This document shows, one piece after another, positions 63,825 to 64,000 of a DNA stretch of 64,000 nucleotides (positions are counted from its first letter, which is position 1; each line of letters opens with the position of its first letter). The DNA comes from Podarcis pityusensis (lineage: Eukaryota): assembly GCA_964106645.2 (NCBI GenBank), contig OZ067050.1; one strand, given 5' to 3'. Position numbers and translations under genes: made by a program. The notes beneath the pieces were generated by a model. That model searched no databases. It saw only the letters and a list, made by a program, of their open reading frames with translations, and was not told the DNA's origin.

Positions 63825-64000
63825 ATCATGTGGCCAAGTTGCAGTAAGGAACAGGAGCTGTGTGACCGCATTCACGATGATGGGCCTCTCTGAGCATCCC
63901 AAGCTGCAGATCTTCCTCTTTATTCTCTTCCTTTCCATTTATATCGTTGCCCTGATCGGAAATGCAGCAATCATTGCTGCCATCTTTTCTTATCCCAAAC
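63825..64000 (+). CDS. Olfactory receptor, 5' part (runs off window)
   Basis: Frame from 63841: AVRNRSCVTAFTMMGLSEHPKLQIFLFILFLSIYIVALIGNAAIIAAIFSYPK (NxS, TM1 with GN); acceptor TTCTTTTGCATCAACAG ends at 63824; missed by the ORF track. Confidence 0.85.

Overview
Vertebrate genomic DNA, inferred to be a squamate (probably lacertid) lizard from its Sauria-type and tRNA/CORE/L2 SINE content. The window is a class II olfactory receptor (OR) cluster: two divergent OR6F1-like genes, one OR6B/6P-like gene, four tandem minus-strand OR13G1-like genes, and the 5' end of an eighth OR at the right edge. Intergenic DNA is rich in transposable elements: SINEs, L2/CR1/RTE remnants, TA-flanked Tc1/mariner MITEs, a truncated DD34E Tc1, a solo LTR, Penelope-like fragments, and a dispersed family sharing AATAAAGTTGTGGCC. 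Best second-look signals: (1) a conserved ATG-AAG|GTAAA micro-exon 0.9-2.5 kb upstream of three OR13G-like genes that splices in frame, predicting two-exon OR coding sequences; (2) a family of non-autonomous elements with a 5' hairpin, asymmetric inverted termini, AAT junctions and a head-to-tail trimer, one member retaining an SGNH-hydrolase remnant (Ngaro-type tyrosine-recombinase retrotransposon lineage); (3) hammerhead ribozymes in Penelope-like inserts, including a perfect 89-bp-arm palindrome; (4) a conversion/duplication tract that stops at an OR start codon and truncates a Tc1; (5) loss of the TM2 acidic residue (D2.50N) in all four OR13G-like receptors; (6) a homeodomain/O-E motif cluster in a promoter-free gap. 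Family names are from recalled sequence motifs; no database search was run.
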